A stretch of DNA of 64,000 bases from Salisapilia sapeloensis CBS 127946 (lineage: Eukaryota; Protista; Oomycota): the NCBI GenBank assembly GCA_023334545.1, contig JAADVB010000063.1, positions 1 through 64,000 on the forward strand. The letters run 5' to 3'. How positions within the stretch are numbered: position 1 is the stretch's first letter; every line of letters starts with the position of its first letter. The notes under the pieces were generated by a model, which worked only from the letters and a program-made list of their open reading frames with translations, was not told the origin of the DNA and did not search any database. The position numbers and the translations under genes are program-made. Positions 1 through 11,817 of this stretch are shown here, in pieces.

Positions 1-1
1 G

Positions 2-40
2 GAAGACGAGGACGACGACGACGAAGTCGCTTCCAACTAA
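2..40 (+). CDS. 3' end of an upstream gene (acidic tail EDEDDDDEVASN*), truncated by the window edge
   Basis: GAA GAC GAG GAC GAC GAC GAC GAA GTC GCT TCC AAC TAA looks codon-like and ends convergent to the 205..986 gene. Only 13 codons are visible. Confidence 0.35.
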   Translation, partial: EDEDDDDEVASN

Positions 41-204
41 GGGCATACATGCCGGAAGCCGTCCATGTCCGGACACGTCAGTCACTGTAGGAAAGCGTAG
101 ACCACGAGCACGGCGCACAGCCGTATTTATCAACTTAGGGCGACTGTGAAAAGTAAACGGGGAAGTAAAGTCCAATGTTCATTCTTGATAGCTAGTTGTT
201 CATC

Positions 205-986
205 CTACTTGCTGTTATTTGCCTCCTGACGGAGTAGTTTACTCGATGTATTGTTGCTATCGATCCATTGGACAATGTCCTGTCTCAAATCTGGACTGTA
301 AGCATCGTTGTTAGCTCTTGTAGGAAGCTTTTCCACAAGTTGCTGAGGACTCAGTGGTCCTAGTACACTGTTCTTTACAAGTACCACTGCATTGACGAAT
401 GGCGAACGAACATTGGGGCCCGACTTGGACGCCACTTGAGTTACGAATCGGTGCTCGACATAGAAGGCACGATCGTCCCAGCCGAGCACTCGTGTCTCCA
501 TAGTGTAGGATTGACCAAAGGAGAGTTCACGACGGTAACGAATGGATTGGGCTGCAACCACGAGGTTCCCGCCTGCTTTCACCAATATATCCCATAGTCC
601 GTTTTGCTGTATACAAGTGTGAGTCCCCGATGCTAGTATAAGAGTAAAAAGGTTCGTACATGCCAGAGATCACGACGGCCAAATCCGCATTCGCGAAGGA
701 ACCTGGCATTATTGCAATGGCCATTGCGGTCGATGTCTGTAAGCAGGACGCGTCCTGATAGTGTGCTTGGCTCAAACAGATCCTTTTGATGGGCAATTGG
801 CAGCTTCTCGAGTAGCATGGCGAGCATCAATCGTGCAAAGTACCAAGCGTCACAGACGACAAAAGTGGATAAGCAGCCTAATAATGCGCTCATCATCACA
901 CTCATATCACTGAGGACATAAGAAGCGATAAAGACGACCACAGGTAGGCCGATAAGCAGGGACTTTGCTAGTAGCTTCCGACTCAT
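205..986 (-). CDS. THEM6: Hot-dog-fold thioesterase, THEM6/4HBT-like, with N-terminal hydrophobic segment; 2 exons
   Basis: ORFs 633..986 and 205..585 join through a 53-nt GT-AG intron (659..607): ...DIDRNGHCNNARFLRECGFGRRDLWH|QNGLWDILVKAGGNLVVAAQSIRYRRELSFGQSYTMETRVLGWDDRAFYVEHRF. D-x-x-x-H-x-NN-x-x-F and WD-x-x-AFY-x-E-x-RF fit the THEM6 family. Confidence 0.75.
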
Positions 987-1025
987 GATTCAGGTGTGCG
1001 CTATTTGAAGTTGTGAGAGAATTCA

Positions 1026-1035
1026 AACCAATCAG
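1026..1035. promoter_or_regulatory. CCAAT box in the divergent THEM6/senataxin promoter
   Basis: AACCAATCAG lies about 40 nt upstream of the THEM6 ATG. Further GATTGG copies occur near 1226 and 1256. Motif match only. Confidence 0.4.
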
Positions 1036-1312
1036 ATCACGATAAATTTATTTCTACCAGTGAGGTTTCATCATAGCATTTAGTCTTCAACCGGATTCCA
1101 GCGAGGACTTATGAGCATGAAGCTGTAGTACAAGGTAGTTGATCATCTTGGTAGCTCCCTTCACTTTGTATGCTGTCCGCTAGTATCGCTGTCGAGCATA
1201 TTGCATCAGTTTACGGGAAGTTATGATTGGATATAATAGCCTGATATACGCTGCGATTGGTGGAAATATGCATTCGCGAGCTCTGATAGCTCGGAGTTAG
1301 CAGTAGGAAATA

Positions 1313-4300
1313 ATGGCTCTACCAGCAACCGTGGCGGCTGCGGCGAATGCGCTGCAACAAGAAGTGGAGGACGTATGTGACCGAGACGTAGACCGGGAGA
1401 CCGTTCTCACGAAGCAGCGGTTGTATGTGAAAATCGGGCAGTTTCTCTTGGATGGCAGTACCCGTCAAGTTGGCCATTGGTGGTGTACTTACCCGACGCT
1501 CATGACCTTCATGATGCGAGTCCTAGAGTTATATCCAGAAGTCGAAAGTATTCGCCAATTCTACGACGCCATGTCGGAGCAATTATCTCGATGCCGTGAT
1601 TGTGTCGATGTATACCACTCGGCGATGCCAAGTGTCCGATTAGAACTCGAGCAAGAGTTCACGTCTGGTTCAGTTCAAGCATACTTTCAAAAAATAGCTC
1701 AGCTAGATGCAGAACGTATCCAGAGCACTTTATCCGTCAAAGGTCATCCGACCGAGAGTGAAAAGATGATCAAGTTGAAAAGAACGACAGCTTTATATGA
1801 AGTCCTTAGTTACAGGAGGCTTTGGTCGGACTTTCGTATCGTCCGAGTGCTTGCAAAAGTACTACTAGTCGACTTTACAACTCTATGTAACGTATCCGTA
1901 TGCTAATTCAATGATGTTACTAGTGGTTTGCTTCGATGCCGAATGTGAATACGCAAATGGTCGATCTAGAAATCCTTCGCAAGTGTCCTGGTACGTATCA
2001 ATTACTAGTATCACCAGACTCTGGCGTTCGATCTTGGGCGACGTCTGTCGTACATCACCTCGGCTCGATTGATATTGCAGATGAAGACGAGTCCAGAGTT
2101 CGTTTCTTGCGTGTGATTGACGAGTGGATGTACATTCTCGAAAGCATGTCGTTTAACGTATCTCTCCTATCGCTTGAACTCCACTCGACAGAAGACTTGC
2201 CATTGTTCCTTCAGCCGACGACATGCATTAAAACGCCTACAAACCAGACGTTGTGGGCAGCACTTGACACTGTCCTGCAGCAGATGGATCATGTTAGTCT
2301 CGAAGTCATGCTAGAATCCTTTGATAATTTTCCTGACCTCGTCTTTAACTATCTGCATGACGCCGATCCGTCTTCGACGAACCAACAGATCACTTTCGTT
2401 ATTTGCAAATGCTACGCAGCACTCTTTCGTTGCCTCAGCCATCGTTTCTGGCAGCATACAGTCCACTCTCCTGATACAGTCTTACGCATGGTCCTCCAGC
2501 ATTGTGAGACTCCATCCTGGCGCGTATACGTGACGAAGCAACTGATAGAAGTGCTTCCACCTCTCTTAGCATCCATGCGTCCCGTCCAGAGCATCGAGAT
2601 AGCAGCGAAAGAAAAAGTAGAGACGTACATGGACTGTCGTCGTCGGTTACTAGACTTTTTAATGACAGAAGAGCAGCGTCCAGAGCACTTAAGTGGAGAG
2701 TTGATGCAAGTCGCTTGCTCACGTGCTGTCTCGACGATCATAGCAGACTGCTACGAGCCGAGATTAGTCTCATCCTCAGAGAAAGAGGGAGACGATGGAG
2801 ATAAGGTGCATCAGGAAGGTGAGTTACCAGATGTGTATCTCGTCGAGGTTCCTGTGTCAGAGAGTGCTGGGTGGTGGCCGTCTGCGGACGTGAGGTGGAT
2901 GGATCATCTCTTTGACGTTGTGATTAACGTCCAAGGCGTCGCTTCATTAGTGGATCATGCAGCAGCAACGTGTGCGACGGTCTTACGAAAGCATTTACAG
3001 CTAGCGCGTGACATCGTCTTCTCCTGTATCATAGCACAGACAGAAGGTCAACCTGTTTTAGACATTGAGAGTCTCTGTCGTGGCCAACCGATCGTGACAA
3101 AGTTGTTAAAGCGATTAAGTGCTTATGAACACGTCACGTGCGTGCCTATAACGATCCACGCAGCGTTATTTGAGTCCATTGGTGGTATCTCGGATTTACT
3201 CAACGTCTTAGATGCTCAGACAAAAGAAGCAGAACGACTACGAGACTTCCAACAACAAGTACTAGAGCTATATCTTGAACTTACGACTGTCTATTTAAAA
3301 CGTATGCACTCGGAAGTATTGGAGAAAGGTCTTGTGAATCCCTTGAGATTCCCGCTCGTGGCGCAGCACATTACATCGTGTTTACTAAGTAGTCGGAATG
3401 TTGTCAAGGACATGATAAAAGCCATTGTCATGCATGCTGCAACGAATAAGCAAGGTCCATCTCCTGCATTTGTCGAAAGCTTCCTCATCCTCGTGCATCG
3501 CAACACTGAAGCGAATGTACGTGGACTCTTGACGATGGTCCAGTCCCTCCGACTCTTCCACTTCTCTTCGGCAATTACATTGCCGACGTGTAGTAAGCTT
3601 GCATTCATGTGGTCTCGTGTCTTTGAATTACTAGGTAAGGATATGTTTCCGATTCTACAGCCACAGGAGAAGGATACTGCTGGACTACATCGTCTCCCGA
3701 CAGTCTTGAGTGACCTCTTGACTGTCCTCTTGGACGATGTGTACGTTCATAAGAGAATTAGTCCATCCGATGCGTGTATGGTCCACATTTTAAACCTTTT
3801 GAACAACTTGTATGCCTTTTGGGTCTCGATGGGAGATGCTGCTGCTTGGAGTAAGAAGAATGCGCGATGGATTGCACCGTTAGCAGAGTGTGTACGGCAT
3901 GGATCCGACGCACAACGGCGGTTAGGATCGACGGTACTTACTCGCTTGACGAGTGCGTTGCTTAAAGGAGGCACAACGTTGGATGAAACGCACTTGCAGA
4001 CGTTGATGCGTGTGCATGCAGACGCGTCTTCGTACTTCCGTGAACGGAATACGGATGTAGCGACGATCGTCACGCGATTCCGGTCGTTGAATAAGACGAA
4101 TCATTTCTTCCGACAACGAGGGACAAAGACAGCGCTCAAGGTCGAAGGCAATAGATCCGTGCCAATTGCTCGAGAGAAGAAACCACGACAGTCGACCCAA
4201 GTACAGATGGATGTGTCTGGCATGGCAAGTGCACAAGCAGATGTCGCTGCAGCTCGGAGGAACCAGAGCTTCTATGCGGAGGAGACGTACCATGCGACGG

Positions 4301-7300
4301 AGAGACAGGAGGAGGAGAAGAAGGTGCAAGTGGAGGAAGATCGACCGGTGTTTAACGTTCAGCAGGCGCTGGATGAGCTATCGAAGACGCATCGTGGACA
4401 CGGTCCAGTGCGTTCACGAGAACGGAGGGTGGAGAAAGAAGAGGAGCCTCAAGAAGAAGGAGACGAAGCGAGTCTTGCGTCCATCTACTACAAGATCAAA
4501 CACACGCAGCATGCTGTTGCATCCTGTTCCACTCTTCCTTTCTATCGTCAATTGCTTCAGCAGGCACTTCCAGATCTAGTGAGTAAAGTGTACTTGCAAG
4601 AGAGTACTGACAAGGAGCTCGAGACACCCGAGCTGACGTTTGGCAAGAGTTCCGAGTACGTCCATGCGTTCCTACCTCTTCTATTAGAAGAAGTAGCAGA
4701 TGAATTGTACAGCGGCTTACGTCGTTGTACACGTAGTTCTAGTGGTCATGTCCTTCAGTATGAGAGTGAGAAACCTCGTGAAGGCATGCGTTGTCTATCT
4801 CTTAGTCTCGTGACGATCGATTCGAGTTTATTTCAAGAACGAGGTCGTGGGAAAAAGTCTGCTGCAAAGCTCTTTCGAAATGCCGATGTCGTCCACTTAC
4901 GATCGATTGGATCGAGTAGCGTAGAACTTGTAGGTGTCGTAAGTATAAGTGATGCCGAGAGAGAGATGCGAAGGAGCGGACGGAAGACGAGTGACGAAGA
5001 TGAAAGTGTAAAGATTTTGTTTTTGAATGAAGGAGAAGTCGATGCGTCCATGCGAGACGTACCGTCGTTTTCGTCCGAGACACTCGCGCCGTCTGCGATG
5101 GGTGCCATGCAGTGGAAGGCACAGACAGTATGTAACTTGACGACGTCTGCTCGAGAGTACGTGGCTCTACGCTCTGTCGATCTCTTGCCACAGCATCTAC
5201 GCACAGCGATCTTGACACCAGATGCGTACAAGTCGATCCAATCGAGGCTGCTGCGTATATCGGAAGCGCTGGATGCATTGAGGAGGCAGACGGATGACGA
5301 CAGTATCAACAAGCTAAAGAAGCTTTTGAATAAACTAGATCGAATGGACGTTGCGTTGACAGACTTGCGGTCTACGAGCATCGGCAAGGCAGTCAATCGG
5401 CTACGGAAACACAGTGATAAGCAAGTGAGTTCGTTGGCAGATGACCTCAAGACCAAGTGGACAGCGTTAATGACAGAGGTGGATGCGCTTGAGAAAGCTC
5501 CTCGCTACCTCGAAGGTCGGCACTGGCATGCACTCAAGAAGCTGTATAATCAGTCGCAGCTCCAGAGCATCCATAGCGTCTTAAATGACTATCAGACTGG
5601 TGTGAGTTTACTACAGGGTCCACCTGGTACAGGCAAGACGAAAACAATCATGGGGTTGTTGAGTGGATTCCTAGCGCTTCGACTAACTCCATCGGCGTTG
5701 CTACCGACGAGAGCTGGCAGGAAGGAAGAGAACTCGGATGTGAAGAAGAGTGCTAAAGTGTCTACACCAACGACGTTTTCGATGGGTAGTGATAGTAAAG
5801 GTGGGATCTTACGACGGTCCGAGGTCGATGCTACACGTAAGAGCACTTCGATTCAGAGTCTAAAGAACGCATCGAATGGACGAGGTAGATTAGAGAATAA
5901 ATTAGTAGGCAAGAGCGTTTCGAGTGTACAGAAGCAGATAAAGAGGCCACTGGTGTCGATCAAACGCACGAGTAACGTCCTCCTATGCGCGCCGTCGAAT
6001 GGTGCAGTGGACGAACTAGTCCTTCGTATCGTCACGGACGGTCTGCTTGGTCCGGATGGAGACATCCAGCCTGTGCGAGCTCCGAACGTTCATCCAGAGA
6101 ATGTGTCTGTTGGTCAGCTGTCTATCGTTCGACTAGGTAACGCTGGAGAGGATGCACCTGAGAGTATCAAGCAAGTGTGTCTACCTCACATCGTGAAGCA
6201 AAACTTGGAAGTACATCCGAAGAAACTCCAGCTCCAGCAGCTAGAAGAGCAGCGTGTTCAGTTTCAAAAAGCGATTAAGGACTTTCATAACGACAAGAGT
6301 GATACGAAGAAACCGAGAAAGGAACTAGCAAAGACCCATGCGAAATTAACCGAATGCTCAGGCAAGATCCGACGTCTACGAGATGAAGTGAGACAGCTCG
6401 AATCTAAATTGACGACGAGCATATTGAATCAGGCGAGTGTCATTGCCTGCACGTTAAGTAAAGCTGGCTCTGGACCGCTTGCATCGCTCACACGTGGCTT
6501 TGACGCGTTGATCATTGATGAAGCAGCACAGGCAGTAGAACTAAGTACTCTAGTCCCGATACGTGAACGAGTGGCGAGAGTCGTGCTAGTTGGAGATCCA
6601 AAGCAGCTACCAGCTACCGTCAAGAGCGTCGTGGCTGCTAGAGCTAGGTACGATAGGTCTTTGTTTGAACGTGTTGCAGCTAGTGGCGTTGCACCGGCGA
6701 TGCTGCGAGTGCAATATCGTATGCATCCTTTTCTTCGCGAATTCCCTTCGAAAGCTTTTTATGGAGGTCTATTGACGGATGGAGAGAGTGTCATGCCTCG
6801 TGTCAAGGCGAGCTGTATGGAGGTGTACTCGAACATTTGTTTCCAACCTTTTCTGCTGTACGATGTGGAATCGAGAGAAGAGGATCAAGGCGGATCCAAG
6901 TATAATAAGACGGAAGCAGCATTTTGTGTCAATATGCTGCATACGATGGTGGCACAAGTCCCGGCAGTCCGGAAGATGAAGTGGAGTGTCGGCATCGTCT
7001 CGCCGTATAAGGAACAAGTGCGTGTACTCCGGAAGGAGCTGACGCGACTGACACTACCGACGAGTGTGTCGGTGGAAGTGAATACGGTGGATGGGTTCCA
7101 AGGTCGAGAGAAAGATGTGATTATCTTCTCTTGTGTACGTGCTTCCAAGAGAGGTGGTGTCGGGTTCTTAAAAGATATTAGGCGACTGAATGTTGCCATC
7201 ACGAGAGCTCGCTTCTGTCTTTTTGTTGTTGGGAATGTGAATACGCTGATGCGAGATAAGACATGGGCGTCTTTGGTCCGTAGTGCAAAGGATCGAAAGC

Positions 7301-7905
7301 TTGTGATTCGAGCTGGAGAACGATCGTTTGAGAAAGTGAAAGAGAGGATGGATGGACAAGATGGACAGGAGCTTAAGAAACACTTTGACGATATGCATAC
7401 CAAGATCAATGAAAAGCATGCGTCTCCTTCAGTGAAGAAAGAGGAGGATTCAGATATGAAACGCAAGGCAGATCCGATGGACGGAAAACCATCCAAAGTC
7501 CGGAAGGAAGTCAAGGAACCAGTCGTAAAGCAAGAGGTCAAGGAGGAAGTGAAGCGGGAGGTCAAGCAGGAGTCTCAGTCTCGAATGGAAAAGGACTTTT
7601 GTCAGGATAGTACGATGCAGGAGAGAAGAAAAGCAAGTGTTGATGACGATCACAAGACTGCGCGAGTGGCTCGAATGCGTGCGTTGGCTGCGGACAGTGT
7701 GGCTCGAAGTGCTCGTCAGTACCGACATGACCGGAGTCAGTTGGCTGCCGCGGCGAGTCAGCCTTCAAAACGGAAGCAGGAGAAGCGCCCAGTAGTAAAG
7801 AAAGATAGTGGGAATGTATTGTCGAATATTCTCGGGAGTGCGTCGTCGTTGGCGACGTCGACGTCTAGAGCGCAGGAGAAGACGAAATACAATAAGGATT
7901 ATTAG
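1313..7905 (+). CDS. SETX: Senataxin/Sen1-like SF1B RNA/DNA helicase; 2 exons
   Basis: ORF 1313..1906 joins ORF 1936..7905 in frame through a 65-nt intron (1859..1923; VLAK|WFASMP). Long helical N-terminal region, Q motif (NQSQLQSI), Walker A QGPPGTGKT, CAPSNGAVDE, Walker B IIDEAAQ, LVGDPKQLP, QYRMHP, TVDGFQGREKD and RRLNVAITRAR are the Upf1/Sen1-type set. Confidence 0.92.
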
Positions 7906-7959
7906 ATGACAGGGTCAAAAGCTCTTCAAGTGTTTGATAAGTAGCCGTCGATACGTATT

Positions 7960-8718
7960 CTACATGATGAGTCGGACGAGCGCAGCACCGACAGCCATGA
8001 TCGTACCGACGAAACCGACGCCGTACTGCAGAATACGCTTCTCTACTTTTTCCATGGACAAGCGCAAGTCTGTCAAAGTTTCATCTTCCGCCTGCTTTTG
8101 GAGGAGGAACTAGAAGGAATTGGAGATTAGTCTTTGATTAAAGAGGAGGCTTATGGGAAGAATACCTTTTTCTCGAGCTCGGCGATCTCCATGCGTACGC
8201 TGTCAAAGTCGTTCTTTTCCAACATCCGAATATCTGCTTTGAGGTTGTTAAAGTCCCTCTCCAAGAGCTCTCGACTATGTCGCTGGGCAATGTCGAACTT
8301 GAGTGTCGAGTTGAATACACGCTCTGATAGCTCTGCTTTCAACTCTACATGCTCCGCTTTGGTCGCGAGCTAGAATGTACTGATTAATAATAATCCACCT
8401 CCAGTGGACAATGGATACGTACAATATGCGATTGCGCTTCAAGCGACTCGGACATGGCACTCTTGAGTACATCTAGAATCGCCTGCGATTGCTCTAGCGA
8501 AAAGCCTATATCTCTTGTAAAGATCAAACGACCATGCCACGTAGATGAGACTCCTGACCTTCCTCCTGCAGCCGCACGACGACGCGATGCGTGTCAAACT
8601 GTAGCTGCGGATCATTCTTATGCGTCGCTGACGTTGGCGTCGTGATCCCTCTTCCAGCAATCGCCTGAACTAGCAAAGGTGTACGGCTTCCCACTTGTCT
8701 CGGCACTCGAGCTAGCAT
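7960..8718 (-). CDS. CCDC90/MCUR1/Fmp32-like (DUF1640) mitochondrial coiled-coil protein with C-terminal TM anchor; 4 exons
   Basis: Spliced: MLARVPRQ... (presequence-like) ...QFDTHRVVVRLQEEG|FSLEQSQAILDVL...|LATKAEHVELKAELSERVFNSTLKFD...MEIAELEKK|...LRLSMEKVEKRILQYGVGFVGTIMAVGAALVRLIM*. FDTH..V..L...GF, a coiled coil and a terminal TM helix are typical of the family. Confidence 0.8.
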
Positions 8719-8739
8719 GACCGTGCGTCCGACGTCCCA

Positions 8740-8750
8740 CCAATCACGTG
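8740..8750. promoter_or_regulatory. CCAAT box abutting a CACGTG palindrome
   Basis: CCAATCACGTG about 22 nt upstream of the CCDC90-like ATG, in a 130-nt intergenic gap. Motif match only. Confidence 0.35.
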
Positions 8751-8848
8751 TCCGGAAATTAAAAACAAAAGTAAACAATTAATGTGTGGTGCAAGCCATG
8801 GTTTTTTATTTAAAGCTGGAAAGTCACCGACGACGTTATCAAGCAAGA

Positions 8849-10032
8849 TTATTCCGGTCCAGCAGCCTTTTGGAAGTGACCACCACGGTTGAACTTGACG
8901 AGGAAGTTGGGTGCATCAAACTCCATCTTGACAGGCGTCACATCGAGTTCCTTCAAGCCAGGGAACATGCCACTCTTCACCTGATCGAGACTCAATTGCA
9001 GCGCCCAATCCGCCGTCAACTTGGGATCCGGGAAGTACTCACAGAACTTACCAAAGTTCTCCGCGAGATTCAACGGCAAGTTGATAATCTTCGCGTCTTG
9101 GTTCGTCACGTCAAAGACAAAGTCGACCGTCTCCTTTTGCGTATACTCTTCATCTCCGACGAATTCAAACGTCTCGCCATTGATTGACACATCCTGCGTC
9201 AAGGCGTATAGACCTCTGGCAACGTCCGCGTAGCTCACGGGCTGGAGCAGAGCGTCACCGTTCTCGACGAGCGGAACGAGACCTTGGACCATCCGGTCAC
9301 CGTACCAATTCAGGAAACGGTCTTCAGGACCGTAGACCTGACCAAGACGAACGATGTTGGCGCTAGGGAAAGCGCGGCGAACAGCTTTTTCGCCACGGAA
9401 CTTGGACGCAGCCCAGACGGACGGCGACTCGGGGGACGCCAGGACCGACGAGACGTGGATGAAACGAGGAACACCTTCCTCGGCCGCCACTTCGGCAATG
9501 TTACGAGCGATATCCACGTGGACGTCGTCCATGGTGTAGTTGATCCACCACGGGAGCATGTGCTTGGTCTCGTAGTGCTTGCCCACGAGGTTCACGACGA
9601 CGTCGGCTCCCTTGAGCGCGTAGCGGATGGAATCCCGGTCACGACCGTTCCATGGCATGAAACCCGTGTATCCGAGGTCGAATTGCGGCTTCAAGTGCTG
9701 CGCTTCACGCAACTCTCCGCGATACGGGAGCAATGCTCGGTTACCAGTGTGGCCTGTACAAGTGGATATTTAGTATACTATACTTCCAAAATACAATTGT
9801 AGCTTATTATAGATGCAGCTAGTAGATGCAGAGCATTGTACTTTGAGATGCTAGCAGCAAGAGAATTGTTAAATCGTCTAGAGCACGTACCGAGCTCAGC
9901 ACACACGTATCTGCCGAGGAAGCCCGTGGATCCAAAGACTGCGACAGTGAATCCTTCTCCCTGGGAACGTCCAGTCGGGTGACGCAAAAGCGAACGCGCC
10001 ACAGGCGACAGCATCGAGCCCTTGCCGGCCAT
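8849..10032 (-). CDS. NDUFA9: NADH:ubiquinone oxidoreductase 39-kDa subunit; 2 exons
   Basis: Exon 1: ...GRSQGEGFTVAVFGSTGFLGRYVCAEL. Exon 2: ...LPYRGELREAQHLKPQFDLG...DVVVNLVGKHYET...RFIHVS...SKFRGEKAVRRAFPSANIVRLGQVYGPEDRFLNWY. Atypical SDR fold with NDUFA9 signatures. Confidence 0.93.
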
Positions 10033-10154
10033 CTCTATCGATCCGGTGGTCTTGGTGGTTTAATGCGCCGTTACGAGCCTCACATGTTTTCAGCAACCTT
10101 CCATCAACCTACGCTTCCTGCAACCTCAAAAGAAAAAGACGCGAAATTCTTTTA

Positions 10155-11631
10155 TTAGACAGACCGAGCGACATCTTCTACGTCGTCATGGACGTCTACA
10201 CTATCGTAAGGTTCTGGCTTTGCACTTATAGCTGACTTGAAGGACGTTGTAGTTCCGTATTTTGAAAAGTACGTGCCTTCCAAGACAGCGACGAATTGAG
10301 GGAAGAGCTGCATGTGGCTGAGCATGATCTTCACGGCGGCTGTTAGAGGTACCGACAGCATCATACCGACGACACCCCATAGCATGCCCCACGCGGATAG
10401 AGACAAAATGACAATGACTGGATCGATCTCGAGTCGCTTGCCTAGAACGCGTGGTTCAATGAAATTACCGACGAACATGTGGAGACACATGGGCACGACC
10501 ATGGCCAAGACCTTTTCCATCGGGTTCATGAGGTCGCTGGGCGTGATGGCAATGATGGCCATGGGTGCGACGGATGCGATCATGGCACCGACGTTGGGTA
10601 TCCAGTTCAAGATAAAGGTGAGGATGCCCCAGACGATGGCTAGTCCGACATTCAGCGACACGTAGACGACCGTGACAAGCAGCGCGACGAAGAGCGAGAG
10701 GAAGCATTTCAACGTGACAAAGCGCTGGATGTCGTTATCGATCTTGGACCAGACGCCACCTGCATCACTTGCCCGAGTACGTGTGCATAAAAAGTAGGTG
10801 AGGTAGATGATCGTGACGAACATGACGGAAAAGAGGTCCATCGTTTGTGTCAGGACTGTGCGCGCGACTTTATCGACATTGTCATGCAACGTCGTGGTGA
10901 TGTTAAACGGAAGTCCGATCTGATTTAGTAGGTTTTCAATCCCACCCACAAGTCCGTTGTATCCGCTTTGATACGCATCAGCGTCTAATGCGTGGACGGA
11001 TAAGACGGTGATATAGCCCAAGAGACCAAAGAAGACACAGACGAGACTGACAGCACACAAGGATGCAAAGGCACGGGAGCACCCACGAGACGTCCGACGT
11101 CGGTAGCGGCCGTGGGAAGTACAGATGCAGAGGAAGTATCTGGGAGAGACGTCGATGACTTCGACGAGTGGATCGACTAAATACCTGCAGACGATATGTT
11201 TGTTAATATACAATTGATGCTCGTCTATACGATGAAGCGTACATGAGAAAGATGGCGAGAAAAAATGGGATGAGAACTTCTTGGAACCAAGAGAGGAGAT
11301 AGCATCCGGCTGCAAAACCACAGGCGAGTAGCGCACCACGGATCTCGAGCGTCAGTTGGCTCAAGGGCGTTTCGAGACCAGACAATACGTCTCGGACAAT
11401 AGATGCATATCGAGAGGCTCTTGCCTGGTCGGTCCTCGTGTGACTATCAAAGAATCCACTGGTGGATTCGACGGTCGTTGCGCTGGAGCTCGCGACCGGA
11501 GACGACGGGATACCCGAGTTAGAATAGGACGATGCCGTTCTCCTCATGGTTCCAGAAGTCGTGGATGCAACCGAGGCTGATGGTGATTCTAAATCTACGG
11601 AAGAGTACTCGACGTCGTTGCCAAAGGGCAT
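10155..11631 (-). CDS. AI-2E (PerM/UPF0118) family membrane transporter with Ser-rich N-terminal extension; 2 exons
   Basis: 58-nt intron (11242..11185) gives ...LIPFFLAIFLM|YLVDPLVEVI. The C-terminal half has K...SL.....V......V..A..WG...F.LNWIPNVG, GNFIEPRVLG..L.I.P...ILSL..WG.LWG.VGM.LSVPLTA, the standard AI-2E motif set. Confidence 0.85.
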
Positions 11632-11817
11632 TGTCAAATGGAGGACTGGACGAGATACTCTTCGACCTCGATTTCTTATGTACGTGTCCACCAACTCGTG
11701 TCGATCTGATTACTCGTTAGACGCAGGATTGGTAGAAATTTCCATGAAATGTCGCACGATTGGGTAGAAAGAAAATGGGTACAGTAAAGAAGACATAAAC
11801 GTCTTTGTTCGGAAGAG

